A stretch of DNA of 64,000 nucleotides from Candidatus Woesebacteria bacterium (lineage in GTDB: Bacteria; Patescibacteriota; Microgenomatia; UBA8517), in the NCBI GenBank assembly GCA_013374835.1, contig CP055307.1, positions 74,447 through 138,446 on the forward strand, written 5' to 3'. The notes below the pieces were generated by a model, which was given only the letters and a program-made list of their open reading frames with translations, was not told where the DNA came from and searched no databases. Positions within the stretch are counted from its first letter, which is position 1, and each line of letters starts with the position of its first letter. Shown in pieces: positions 10,707 through 20,482 of this stretch. The position numbers and the translations under genes are program-made.

Positions 10707-12833
10707 CTAGTAAACTATCACCGAATCCCTACCTTCAATAGCAACACCATCATCAGTCTCCCCTGTTAAAATCCCAACAGTATTACCTTTCTCAAACCCC
10801 ATTTTTCTTGGGTCAAACAAGCAACTTAAATCTTTTAGTCCATCTCTATTCACATCAAAGTAAAACGGTGAACACCAAACTAAACTGTCTTCATTGCCGA
10901 GCTTTCCAAATTTTAGAGTCGCTTTATCTACAACCTCGGCATTAAAAGTTGGATTTGACAAAACACTCACAAGAATCGACAAAAAGGATTTTCTAAAAAT
11001 AATATTTTTTTCAATAAAAGGCCTAACATCAATAGAGATTTCTTGGAAAAACTTTGTCTCAGACCCCGGTTCAGGATTATAACCAAAAACATATTCATGC
11101 TCTTTAGCACCTTCTTCAATGTTTTCAAAAATACCAAGATTAATACCCGCATCTCTATCAGAGGCGTGCACGCTAAAGCTATAAAGCTCGCCCTTAGGCG
11201 CTATAACTTCAACTTTATAATTATCCTGCTCGGGTGTAAGTATCAAAACAGTATAAATCCCCTTATTAGGATCGGGTGCCGGGTTTTCCTCCGTAGCATC
11301 GGCATAAGCCTCCTCAAAGTAATAAAAAGAGTTGGGAATTTCTTGTAAAACACTTGAGTTTAACGAGTCAAAACCCGTCCTTCTTCCTTGACTATCTGTC
11401 ACTAAAAGTTGAGTCGGCGCCAAAGAAGTCACATCAAAGCTGCTGAAATCGCTTGCTGTCTTTTCGTACTTTCTCGTCGTCAAAGCTACATTGCCATACG
11501 CAGGATCATCAAGTTTATACCTGTTGTACCCAGGATCATTAATTGTAAAAGTGTCACCATCAATCCCCGTAGCCACAACCCAGTGTTGTCTACGCGGAAC
11601 TCTCATAACTAGAGGTCTTTGTTCTTCAATTTCAGAAGCTACAAAAGAGGGACTAAAATCGTAAGATCCCTTAAACACCACCTTCTGTGTATCAAAAATC
11701 CTGTTAGATTCAGCAGAATATTCACCAGCAACATGCCACTTTATATTCCCATACTTATAGCCCCTACTTGTACAACCCAACGCTCCGCAGACTTCATCCT
11801 GCTTAAAATAATTATTAACCACCATCGGTGTAGTTGGATTCCCATACGGGTCTCTGTCCACCCCATAATACTTAAGTATCATCGCAACAGAAGTTGTTGC
11901 ACAACCACACCGAGCCATTGTCTTCCCGCAATCAAGCCGTTGTTTATTCCCACTATCATACTCTTGAGACCCCCACTGGCTATCAGTCTGCTTAAAAAGT
12001 GGCACATCTAACAAAGTTCCAGTCCTTTGTTTACAAGCCATCGCAACCAAATTTTTAAAATACTTCATATTATCTTCATCATCCTCAGCAAAATACAACG
12101 GACCTCCCGAAACCGCCAAATAGCCCTGCCCAATTGCTCTCTCATGCAACACAAAGTTCTCGCTAAAACCCAAAGTTTGAATCGGAAGCGCAAATGTAAT
12201 AATCCCACCACCCAAGACATCAAATCCTTTTGCAACAGCAGTAAACGAGACATTGTTAAATATCCGAAATTCTCCATGATTTAATGGTCCCACATGCCCA
12301 AAAGGACCATTTGTAATAGGTGTAGAAACCGGATCGCTGCTTTCTCCATTAAAATCTGTTTGATCAATATCAGAACTAAAACGGTCGGGTACTCCCAACT
12401 TCTCAAAAAGTTTATTATAAGTAGGCAGAGAATCGGAATATGCGTTGTCAGTAACGTAAACAATCCCTCCAGCATTAATAAAATTTGTCAGTTCCTGTGC
12501 TTCCTCAGAAGTAAGATCATCTTCCATTTCCAATTGTCCACCAACAAATACGTCTGCGCTTCTTACACCACCATTAACCAGTGTTCCCGGCCCAATTGTA
12601 TTAACAAAGGGTAAAACAGTAACACTACAAGGAACCACCCCTCCCTCACCAAAATTTGATGAATTTGTTAAAGCATTCATTAAGGAGGCTACATCCAAAA
12701 GGGGGTAAGCTATCCTTGGATAATCAAATCCAGTAACCCGAATTTGATCAGCAGCAAAAACTTCGTTCTTCAAAGAGAAAAAAAATAGAAAAGAAACAAG
12801 CAAGGGAAGTAAAGATAGCTTTACCTTACACAT
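10707..12833 (-). CDS. secreted protein with peptidase C39-like (papain-fold) domain
   Basis: Signal peptide. Motif CGCATTSVAMILKYYG resembles the C39-like catalytic-Cys block (CGpaSlAMvLnYYG). 708 aa. Confidence 0.5.
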   Translation of the reverse strand: MCKVKLSLLPLLVSFLFFFSLKNEVFAADQIRVTGFDYPRIAYPLLDVASLMNALTNSSNFGEGGVVPCSVTVLPFVNTIGPGTLVNGGVRSADVFVGGQLEMEDDLTSEEAQELTNFINAGGIVYVTDNAYSDSLPTYNKLFEKLGVPDRFSSDIDQTDFNGESSDPVSTPITNGPFGHVGPLNHGEFRIFNNVSFTAVAKGFDVLGGGIITFALPIQTLGFSENFVLHERAIGQGYLAVSGGPLYFAEDDEDNMKYFKNLVAMACKQRTGTLLDVPLFKQTDSQWGSQEYDSGNKQRLDCGKTMARCGCATTSVAMILKYYGVDRDPYGNPTTPMVVNNYFKQDEVCGALGCTSRGYKYGNIKWHVAGEYSAESNRIFDTQKVVFKGSYDFSPSFVASEIEEQRPLVMRVPRRQHWVVATGIDGDTFTINDPGYNRYKLDDPAYGNVALTTRKYEKTASDFSSFDVTSLAPTQLLVTDSQGRRTGFDSLNSSVLQEIPNSFYYFEEAYADATEENPAPDPNKGIYTVLILTPEQDNYKVEVIAPKGELYSFSVHASDRDAGINLGIFENIEEGAKEHEYVFGYNPEPGSETKFFQEISIDVRPFIEKNIIFRKSFLSILVSVLSNPTFNAEVVDKATLKFGKLGNEDSLVWCSPFYFDVNRDGLKDLSCLFDPRKMGFEKGNTVGILTGETDDGVAIEGRDSVIVY

Positions 12834-12887
12834 TCAGCATTCCTCTAAAAAAATATTCTAAGGAAATTAAAAAGAAAAAGTCAACTC

Positions 12888-13121
12888 ATGATTAACCGCT
12901 TCTTCAAACGCCAAAATTCACATCCACAAAAGCAAATCGGACAATTCGAAAACCAGATAGACGAGCTTGAAGCCCAACGCCAGATTGACGTTGACATCAT
13001 TGATGAAGTTCTGGCGTTAAGCAGGAATATTTACCAAACCTATATGGAAGCACCTAAGTTTCTTAAGCTTCACTATATCCGCTTTTTCTTTGAGAAAAAG
13101 TTAAGCCTTATCTTGCTGTAA
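12888..13121 (+). CDS. small hypothetical ORF (77 aa), possibly a gene remnant
   Basis: ORF only. No motifs. Confidence 0.2.
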   Translation: MINRFFKRQNSHPQKQIGQFENQIDELEAQRQIDVDIIDEVLALSRNIYQTYMEAPKFLKLHYIRFFFEKKLSLILL

Positions 13122-13250
13122 CAGTAAAACAAACACTTACGGCAGTGTTGTCCATTGGTCATTTAAACCAAAACCTGGTGTACCAATCTTGCTGTACAAT
13201 CCATTTAATCCTCCTGCTGGGTCGTTCCATACTTCTTGAATGATAGTATA

Positions 13251-13730
13251 TTATCCCCAAAGAGGGCTATCCGGACCGGTCCAAACTATTTTTACAAAAT
13301 CTGTATAGTTTTGGACATTTCCATCTAAGGTATAGTCTCCTACAACATGATTTGTTAACCAACCTTTGCTTATTCCACTTGGAACACCATCGACTAATCC
13401 TCTATCCAGCTTTCCGTCTCCATTACAGTCGACATTGGCCAACCAAGCATCGCTCCACTTCATCACGAGCTTATCATCAACATAATCACCAGTATCTCCC
13501 CAGTAAGTTCCGTCTATGTTTCTATCTACACTATCATAAGTTCCATTAAACATGTGTGCTTGATAGTTATAACCAAACTGGTCATAACCAAGAACGATTG
13601 GATTTCCAGCTGAATCGGTAATAGTGCCATCTTGAATAGTGGCACATGCACTTGGTTTAGCTGCTATAACAGGAGAAGAAATTAATGCAAATACTGTCGT
13701 AATGGCAACTAAGAAAAAGAGCTTCTTCAT
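13251..13730 (-). CDS. hypothetical secreted protein (signal peptide)
   Basis: MKKLFFLVAITTVFALISSPVIA signal. Gly/Asp/Trp-rich. The in-frame TAA is followed by 37 protein-like sense codons (see findings). Confidence 0.45.
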   Translation of the reverse strand: MKKLFFLVAITTVFALISSPVIAAKPSACATIQDGTITDSAGNPIVLGYDQFGYNYQAHMFNGTYDSVDRNIDGTYWGDTGDYVDDKLVMKWSDAWLANVDCNGDGKLDRGLVDGVPSGISKGWLTNHVVGDYTLDGNVQNYTDFVKIVWTGPDSPLWG

Positions 13731-13794
13731 TTATTTTTCACCTCCTTTCTACCTTTAATACTAAATAGGTATAAATTTTCTTTCAAGGAAAAAC

Positions 13795-14217
13795 TTACTT
13801 TGCGTAGGCGATAAGAAGAGAGCCAGCTGTCATAAGAAGCGCACCAATGACTATTTGTAAATTTATCTTCTCTTTAAGAATGAGGGCGGCAAAAACAATA
13901 GTCAAAACGAGGCTTAACTTGTCAATAGGCACCACCTTACTAGCTTCGCCCACTTTTAAGGCATAAAAATAAAAAAGCCAAGAAGCTCCAGTGGCAATAG
14001 CAGAAAGAACCAAAAAAATCCAGCTTGTTTTCGGGATAGTGTTAATAGTAGACAAGTTCCCTTGAAATGCAACTATTCCCCAAGTAATAAACAGAATAAC
14101 GGTTGTGCGTATGGCAGTAGCCAAGTTGCTGTCAACTGCTTTAATGCCTATTTTGGCAAAAATAGAAGTAAGTGCCGCAAAAACTGCAGATAAAAATGCT
14201 GCTAAATACCAAGCCAT
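13795..14217 (-). CDS. EamA/DMT-family small transporter (4 TM)
   Basis: 140 aa with four hydrophobic helices. EamA-like N-terminus (AAFLSAVFAALTSIFAKIGIK). Confidence 0.55.
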   Translation of the reverse strand: MAWYLAAFLSAVFAALTSIFAKIGIKAVDSNLATAIRTTVILFITWGIVAFQGNLSTINTIPKTSWIFLVLSAIATGASWLFYFYALKVGEASKVVPIDKLSLVLTIVFAALILKEKINLQIVIGALLMTAGSLLIAYAK

Positions 14218-14262
14218 ATATTATATTATTTCAGTTGAAAAACTCCATCAAGCATTTAAGTT

Positions 14263-14637
14263 TTAAGCATGAGGGTCTTCGTATTCATCTGCCTCGGCTT
14301 TGGTTTGATGAATGGTTCCATCAGGATGATTTGGCGGAGAGTAGATGGTGTAAAATTTCAAATTCTCCTCGCCGACATTTATAATTTTGTGCTTTGCCCC
14401 CGCGGGAACAATAATAGTAAAATCATTTCAACTTCATGTTCTTCGCTTGATTATCACCTTTGCTTTGCCCTGCTCAATCCAAAAACTGATCTAATCTTTC
14501 ATGAACTTCTTCGCCAATTTCTTCACCCGGATTTAGACTCATCACTACAAGCTGGCTATATTTCCCCGTAAACAAAACTTTTCGAAAATAACTGTTTTCC
14601 TTGGTTATTTTTCAATGTAGTCCACAAATTCTGTCAT
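14263..14637 (-). pseudogene. cupin-domain protein pseudogene (at least 4 frameshifts)
   Basis: Minus-strand translation gives MTEFVDYIEK / (I)TKENSYFRKVLFTGKYSQLVVMSLNPGEEIGEEVHERLDQF / WIEQGKAKVII / SEEHEVE / NDFTIIVPAGAKHKIINVGEENLKFYTIYSPPNHPDGTIHQTKAEADEYEDPHA. The segments lie in four different frames. Confidence 0.6.
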
Positions 14638-14651
14638 GATTTTCGCCTCCT

Positions 14652-15278
14652 TTAATCCTCGATCCCTAAAAGTGAACTTAACTTTCCTTTATCAAAACCA
14701 ACCACAAACTCAGGTTCAGCATCTTCATAAATTATTTCAGTGACAGGTACCCCCATCTGCCCTGTTTTGGCAACCATTGCTTCAGCCTCTTTGGGATTAA
14801 GATCAACATAGACCACATCGTGTTTGACATTTTTGCTCTCAAACCAGCCCTTTTCCATTTTACAATAGGGGCAAGAAAGGGTTGCGTAAAGTTTGACATT
14901 GATTGGCTTTAGTGGCCCAACCCCAGCCACATCATCAACAAGCTTTTTAAGAGTTACTTCTGCCTGTTGGGAGATTTTATGAACCGCCGGATCATGGGTA
15001 ACACCTCCCAAAAGAGCAGGACTGGAAACACCGATAATTACTTGCGAATCATTTCTTAACACAACGATCGAACAAGGAAGAAGGCCAAAAAGATTTTTGT
15101 CTGTTGTTAGTAAAGCTCCAAGCCAATTCTCATTACATATGTTTAGAAGTTTTCCCTTTTGGTTTGGCAAATCCACCTCACCCAAAATTTTGAGCTTTTC
15201 TTTCTCAGCCAGACTTTTAGCCCTTTTAACAGTTTCTTCAAATGATAATTTGCTTTTCCTAAAATAAGCCAGATTCAT
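14652..15278 (-). CDS. DUF302 domain - glutaredoxin (CPYC) fusion protein
   Basis: N-terminal DUF302-like region. C-terminal thioredoxin-fold with CPYC active site and the GVPVT cis-Pro region. Confidence 0.55.
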   Translation of the reverse strand: MNLAYFRKSKLSFEETVKRAKSLAEKEKLKILGEVDLPNQKGKLLNICNENWLGALLTTDKNLFGLLPCSIVVLRNDSQVIIGVSSPALLGGVTHDPAVHKISQQAEVTLKKLVDDVAGVGPLKPINVKLYATLSCPYCKMEKGWFESKNVKHDVVYVDLNPKEAEAMVAKTGQMGVPVTEIIYEDAEPEFVVGFDKGKLSSLLGIED

Positions 15279-15541
15279 ATTTTATCCGTTTGTGAAATTT
15301 TAAGTAATTCTTTACTCAACTTTGCCAATTTTGGCTGGACAAGTGAGTAGTAAATAAATCTACCATCTCTTCTTTCTTTGAGAAGCTCTAAACTTTTTAA
15401 CTTCATAAGATGCTGTGAAACCGCCGACTGAGAAAGACCGCAGGTTTTAATAAGCTCGCTGACGGTTTTTTCTTTTTTGTCCAAACAAGCCAAAATTTTA
15501 AGGCGAGTCTCGTTGGCAAATGCAGAAAATATCTGACTCAC
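15275..15541 (-). CDS. ArsR/SmtB family transcriptional regulator
   Basis: ANETRLKILACL...LSQSAVSQHLMKLK winged-HTH signature. Confidence 0.8.
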   Translation of the reverse strand: MSQIFSAFANETRLKILACLDKKEKTVSELIKTCGLSQSAVSQHLMKLKSLELLKERRDGRFIYYSLVQPKLAKLSKELLKISQTDKI

Positions 15542-15706
15542 AACTATATATTAGCAATTACTAATACATTTTCAAGAGCCAATTTATAATCTTGTTAGAC
15601 CTAGATCCTCTAAATTTGAGGTTTTACATAAATATATCTTTTTGATAACAAAGACTTTCTTGCGTATAACGCAGACGAAAGACATTAATAAAATTTGTCT
15701 GTCTAA

Positions 15707-16267
15707 TCACTCCTTGCAACAGTCAATTGCCTTCTGCACCACTTCTCCTAGTTTGGCGAAAATGCTGGTTGAACCTTTCTTTTTTGGTTTAGGATCGTCG
15801 TTGATTAAGGTAATTTTTTGGCTGTTTGACCGTCTTACATCTTTTGTCCTCACTAATCCTAGATTAAGACCCCAGAACAAGCTGTACAGTTGATAGGACT
15901 TCTGGAACATGTCCTTTGCGCCTTTCTTATCTCCTTTGGTCAGCGACTTAGTGCCAACTTCCATAAATCTCATAGATGCAGCCAATAAATGCTTACTGAT
16001 ACACCAAACTTCACCCTCATAATCTTTAATAATTCGCTTGAGAGCGCTTTTGCGTATCTCTCTAACCTCGTTCAATAGGTCCAGATACTTGGCATCTTTA
16101 GTTTTGTTGTAAGTAAAAAAGAAATGCTCCTCCATAGAAATTAAGTTCATAATTCCAATAGAAAGGTCTTCATCGGAAGAAAGATCAAGTTTCTCACCCT
16201 TCTCCATCTTTTTAACTTTGTCCATAAACTCGTTAATATCAGGTTGAATAGTTTTATTTTTCTTCAT
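15707..16267 (-). CDS. hypothetical protein (intact paralog of the pseudogene at 21007..21540)
   Basis: Start chosen at the MKKNKTIQ Met because of a strong SD AAGGAGGTG 6 nt upstream. The ORF track extends to 16315. Confidence 0.5.
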   Translation of the reverse strand: MKKNKTIQPDINEFMDKVKKMEKGEKLDLSSDEDLSIGIMNLISMEEHFFFTYNKTKDAKYLDLLNEVREIRKSALKRIIKDYEGEVWCISKHLLAASMRFMEVGTKSLTKGDKKGAKDMFQKSYQLYSLFWGLNLGLVRTKDVRRSNSQKITLINDDPKPKKKGSTSIFAKLGEVVQKAIDCCKE

Positions 16268-16333
16268 AGTTTCACCTCCTTTAAGCGGTTGCGAGATATG
16301 CCAAAAAACTAACAAATATGCCTAAAAAATATT

Positions 16334-16810
16334 TCATTGTTCAAACTTTTCTGTACCGATCGACTCAGCATTACCAGACAGCCCAGCCTTATCGCTTAAA
16401 TAACCAACAATATCAGGTGTCCCAATCAAACACTTGCCTTCAGGTGTATAAAGAAAAGGCACGCCGATACTATTAGTCGAAAGCCCACAGCTCTCTGCTA
16501 CTTTTACAAGTTCAAGAGAGTTGGCTCGATTGTCATACACTTCTTTTTTGACCAGCCCAATCTTCTCTTCAATCTTGTTCTCTTTCATCCACTCTTCAAC
16601 ATCGGCACAATGAGGGCAAGTATTACCATAAAAGAAAATAGGAACCTCTGTATTAAGAGAGGATGAACTTACAGAAGAAAGACTTTCGGCTGGCTTTTGC
16701 ACTACCTCTGTATCAACTTTTTTGTTTTTACTACCCAAAATTACAAGGGATATTAAGCCAATAATTATCAAAATAATTGCACTGGTTAGAATTGCTTGTT
16801 TCTTTTTCAT
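16334..16810 (-). CDS. thioredoxin/glutaredoxin-like protein, membrane-anchored (CPHC)
   Basis: N-terminal TM anchor. CPHC redox motif. Paralog of 20117..20482. Confidence 0.55.
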   Translation of the reverse strand: MKKKQAILTSAIILIIIGLISLVILGSKNKKVDTEVVQKPAESLSSVSSSSLNTEVPIFFYGNTCPHCADVEEWMKENKIEEKIGLVKKEVYDNRANSLELVKVAESCGLSTNSIGVPFLYTPEGKCLIGTPDIVGYLSDKAGLSGNAESIGTEKFEQ

Positions 16811-16816
16811 TATTCC

Positions 16817-17980
16817 TTACGCAACAAATATACCATAAACATACCCCGCCAATGTTGTTAAAACCACAATTGAGCCGGCATAAACCAGCATTTTCTTGGT
16901 ACCAATGAGTTTTCTAATAACCAAAAGCCCTTGTAGCGATAAAACCGGGTCAGCCAAAAGATATGCCATTAAAGGACCCTTATTCATGCCCAGTTTCATA
17001 AAGTTCTCGGCAATCGGAACTTCTACTAGAGCAGGGAAATAGGCTAAGGTACCGAACAGCACCGCAGCAAAATTTGTAAACAAGTTATTTTGGCTGGCCA
17101 AAGCTTGAAATTGCTCTTTGGGAATAAGTTGAGCAACAGCCGCCGCTAAAAACACACCCACCAGAAGCAGGGGAACAATCTGGCTGACAAATTTTATAGT
17201 TTCATCCCACCAAGCAGTCCTTCTCTCTTTCGAAAGCCAAACAAAGGTCATGATCAGCTGAATTAATACCAATGGAGCAATCAGGGTGTATCTTAAATTA
17301 TTGCTAATTGGAGCCGTTCCGACAATTAATATGGCAATCATCGTTCCCCAGAACCACAAAGTTTTTTTACCCTGAAGTTTATCCAAGTCTTGGGCAACAA
17401 CTTGCACATCTTCATCTTCTTTTCTATTGCCAAAAACCACCTCCATTATCAAACCGATCAAAACGGCAAAAAAAATTGAAAGTACCAATCTGAAAAAGGC
17501 AAACTCCCAGCCGATCCTTTGTCCTGTCAAAATAAGAGCCACAACATTAAAAGCTGGACCCGCATATAATAAGGTTACGGCAATTCCGAGTCCTGCACCC
17601 TTTTTCCAGATACCAGCAAATAAAGGTAAAATAGTGCAAGAACAAACCTCAATTAAAAATCCTGCAGTAACGGCAATCAAATAAGCCAGCCATTTTTTTG
17701 TTTTGCCGGATAAGTATTTGAGGATTGATTGGGAATCAATAAGACTATTAATGGCACCGGCTATAAAAAATGCGGGAACTAAACAAAAAAGTACGTGAGC
17801 CGATAAATAATCCACAAGTCCTAACCACCCTTGATACACCGCACTGCCGATTAGGTTTTGAACCTGCTCGTTAGCTAAAAAAACTCCAATTTGATTTTGC
17901 CAAAAATAGATAATAAGATAGACTCCGCCCAAAAGACCAATAACCCAATTTTTCTTAAGAACAGATAATATTTTATTCAT
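16817..17980 (-). CDS. permease (DUF318/UPF0718-type) of the ArsR-linked redox operon
   Basis: Polytopic 387 aa. Classic neighbourhood with ArsR and redox-active disulfide protein 2. Confidence 0.6.
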   Translation of the reverse strand: MNKILSVLKKNWVIGLLGGVYLIIYFWQNQIGVFLANEQVQNLIGSAVYQGWLGLVDYLSAHVLFCLVPAFFIAGAINSLIDSQSILKYLSGKTKKWLAYLIAVTAGFLIEVCSCTILPLFAGIWKKGAGLGIAVTLLYAGPAFNVVALILTGQRIGWEFAFFRLVLSIFFAVLIGLIMEVVFGNRKEDEDVQVVAQDLDKLQGKKTLWFWGTMIAILIVGTAPISNNLRYTLIAPLVLIQLIMTFVWLSKERRTAWWDETIKFVSQIVPLLLVGVFLAAAVAQLIPKEQFQALASQNNLFTNFAAVLFGTLAYFPALVEVPIAENFMKLGMNKGPLMAYLLADPVLSLQGLLVIRKLIGTKKMLVYAGSIVVLTTLAGYVYGIFVA

Positions 17981-17982
17981 AT

Positions 17983-18237
17983 CTATTTCACTCCACTTTC
18001 TTTAAGAAGGGTTTTAATCTTTTCAATATCAGGAGTAAAACCAACCATAATTGGTTTCCCATCAACAGCTAAAACCGGGCTGCTCACAACCCCCATCTCA
18101 ATGATCTTTTGAATCCCTTCTTGTCCAGTTAGATATTCCACTTCATTATCTAACCCCAATTCCAAAATTGCCTTTTTGGTAATTTCATATAAGTTTTTAC
18201 AAACAGAACACCCGCTACCTAAAACTTGAATTTTCAT
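17983..18237 (-). CDS. redox-active disulfide protein 2 (small thioredoxin-fold, CxxC)
   Basis: 84 aa starting MKIQVLGSGCSVCKNLYE. Family is typically co-operonic with the DUF318 permease. Confidence 0.7.
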   Translation of the reverse strand: MKIQVLGSGCSVCKNLYEITKKAILELGLDNEVEYLTGQEGIQKIIEMGVVSSPVLAVDGKPIMVGFTPDIEKIKTLLKESGVK

Positions 18238-18560
18238 ATCTCCACCTCCTTTGGAATTTGGAATAGCAGATTAGTAATTTTTCTACCTCTGTCAGTCAGT
18301 GAGTAATAAACCTTTAATCCTCGCTTTTCATTCATGACCATACCTTCATTTCTAAGATCTGCCAGATGGTGGGAAATTAGACTTTGGGACATTTGCAAAT
18401 GTTCCATTAGCTCGCAGACACAGTGTTCACCGTTACGAAGGATACAAAGAAGTTTAAGGCGGTTTTTCTCTGATACCAACTTAAGAAGGGAATATAACGG
18501 CTCGACCTGTTTTGACTCCTTGTTTGATGGTGAACAACAACTATATGAACGCATATTCAT
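18234..18560 (-). CDS. ArsR family metalloregulator (CVC metal site)
   Basis: LKLLCILRNGEHCVCELMEHL...LISHHLADL. Confidence 0.75.
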   Translation of the reverse strand: MNMRSYSCCSPSNKESKQVEPLYSLLKLVSEKNRLKLLCILRNGEHCVCELMEHLQMSQSLISHHLADLRNEGMVMNEKRGLKVYYSLTDRGRKITNLLFQIPKEVEI

Positions 18561-18788
18561 GCATAATAGGAAACTTGATCACAATTGTCAACTAGAGAAT
18601 TGGAAAGATTGCCTGATGAGCTGGTAAGGGTTGCCATGAAAAAAACTAAAGGAGCATCAAGCAAAAGTTCAAGAAAAACGGCTACTTCTGAAGATGACAC
18701 TTCAGAACTTAGAGCTAAAAGGCAAAAAGTCCGATTTGACTGGATAAAACCGTTTGACAAGATAGCGTTTTACGCCTCTCGTCAAAGT

Positions 18789-18863
18789 TGGCTCCCCGGG
18801 TAGGATTCGAACCTACGACCTTGAAGTTAACAGCTTCCCGCTCTACCGCTGAGCTACCGGGGA
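18789..18863 (-). tRNA. tRNA-Asn (anticodon GTT), CCA encoded
   Basis: Revcomp is TCCCCGGTAGCTCAGCGGTAGAGCGGGAAGCTGTTAACTTCAAGG...GGTTCGAATCCTACCCGGGGAGCCA. Confidence 0.8.
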
Positions 18864-18914
18864 TCATTTACTTTTAAAAATTCGGTAAGTACAAGAATTA
18901 TACCAAAAAAGAGC

Positions 18915-20075
18915 TCACCTTTGCATCTCTTCTAAAATAAATCTTTTTACAATACTCCACTCTCCAACCCCGTCTTTTGAAACAAGAGAATACCCTCCGC
19001 CCCCACTCCATTCAGTAAGAACATTGTCAGTAGAAAGAATTATTGAATTTACATCATAATTAGCAATATCCGGATATTTCGCCAGCATTTCAACCAAATC
19101 AGCAGCCTTCAAGTCCGTCCTGACCGATCCAATAAACCTTTCAAAAAAAGAAGCAACATCATCAAGAGCACCTAGATCCAAAGCTTTCTTGGCAATAGCC
19201 TGAAGAACAGCCATCTGCCTCTCTGCTCTTGAAAAATCTCCCCCATAAGTATCCGAATGCCTGCTTCTTACAAATTTCAAAGCAGTCTCCCCATCCATTT
19301 GCGCAAGCCCCTTGTCAAAATGTAGGTGCTCATACCGGCAAACAAAGCGCTTCTCAAGCTCAAAGCCCGAATACTTCTCATGCCACAAGGCTATCTCATC
19401 GGCACTTGCCCCACAAGTTTCATTCTCAAGACCTTTTACAGGATAAAAATAATCATCAAAAGAAGTAGCTACATTAACCCCGATCCCTCCAAGCTCATCA
19501 ATCGCCATCGAAAATCCGGAAAAATCAACTGAGACAACCCAGTTAGCCTCAATGCCGGTAACATCCGCAATCACCTTCTTGCTCAAATTAAAATGTCCCA
19601 AAGGTTCTTTATAAGGAGGCTCTTTAAGAGGGTAATTCCTGTCATCAAGGCCTATAGCATAAGCTGCATTAATTTTGAAATACTCGCTTTTATCGCTTCT
19701 TACGGGAATCGCTACCCACAAATCCCTTGGAATTGAAATTAAATTAATTCGCTTTAAAGACGAATCAACAACTAAAAGCTTAATTACATCGGTCAAATTC
19801 CCGCCGCTATGCCCAGCCCCCCCATAACCCAAAAGTAAAAAACTAATATATTTTCCCTTCTCAAATTTTTCCTCGAATTGAGCCGCTGTGCGATCAATCG
19901 GAGAATTTCTCCTCCCAGCTTCACGAAAACCAAATACGCTGTCTCCAAAAACATAAATCAAAATGTCAAAAATAAGCACAAACAAAAACAACACATATAC
20001 ATAAATTAACCAAGGATTTTCTTTAAATGCCCTAAAAACACTCCTTATCATAAAAACAATTATCCCACAATACAC
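18915..20075 (-). CDS. LytR-CpsA-Psr (LCP) family cell-envelope phosphotransferase
   Basis: N-terminal TM. LCP core LLLGYGGAGHSGGNLTDVIKLLVVD...INLISIPRDLWV. Confidence 0.7.
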   Translation of the reverse strand: MYCGIIVFMIRSVFRAFKENPWLIYVYVLFLFVLIFDILIYVFGDSVFGFREAGRRNSPIDRTAAQFEEKFEKGKYISFLLLGYGGAGHSGGNLTDVIKLLVVDSSLKRINLISIPRDLWVAIPVRSDKSEYFKINAAYAIGLDDRNYPLKEPPYKEPLGHFNLSKKVIADVTGIEANWVVSVDFSGFSMAIDELGGIGVNVATSFDDYFYPVKGLENETCGASADEIALWHEKYSGFELEKRFVCRYEHLHFDKGLAQMDGETALKFVRSRHSDTYGGDFSRAERQMAVLQAIAKKALDLGALDDVASFFERFIGSVRTDLKAADLVEMLAKYPDIANYDVNSIILSTDNVLTEWSGGGGYSLVSKDGVGEWSIVKRFILEEMQR

Positions 20076-20116
20076 TTGTCTATTTAAAGGTAAAACTGTA
20101 CTATTTTAGGGTAGAC

Positions 20117-20482
20117 ATGAAAAACGCTTGGTTCTACGCGGCAGTAATCATCATAATCATTTTCGGCGGAGCATTTATCCTTTCCGATAAAAAAGAGAGT
20201 CTTCCGCTTCCACCAAATATAGAATACTACTGGGGAGAAACTTGCCCCCACTGTAAAAACGTAGAAGAATTCTTAAACTCCTGGGATAAAAAAGACAAAA
20301 TAACCATTAATAAATTCGAAACCTACAAAAACCGCAAAAACGCCGAAAGGCTCACACAAAGAGCCCGCTCCTGCAATATACCGCCGAGCGAGATAGGCGT
20401 ACCGCTAATATTTACACCCGAAGGAAAATGCATAATAGGCGACGATCCGGCCATCAACTACTTTAAAACCTTAAATCTATGA
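20117..20482 (+). CDS. thioredoxin/glutaredoxin-like protein, membrane-anchored (CPHC)
   Basis: TM anchor. WGETCPHCKNVEEFL. 4-nt overlap with the next gene. Confidence 0.55.
   Translation: MKNAWFYAAVIIIIIFGGAFILSDKKESLPLPPNIEYYWGETCPHCKNVEEFLNSWDKKDKITINKFETYKNRKNAERLTQRARSCNIPPSEIGVPLIFTPEGKCIIGDDPAINYFKTLNL

Noticed and set aside
11043-12614. Several 60-130-aa plus-strand ORFs inside 10707..12833.
   Set aside because: They are antisense to the C39-like peptidase gene. They are Cys/Arg/Ile-rich junk composition.
14172-14571. Plus-strand ORFs 14172..14384 and 14269..14571.
   Set aside because: They are antisense to the cupin pseudogene and the EamA gene start. The minus strand carries recognisable cupin sequence.
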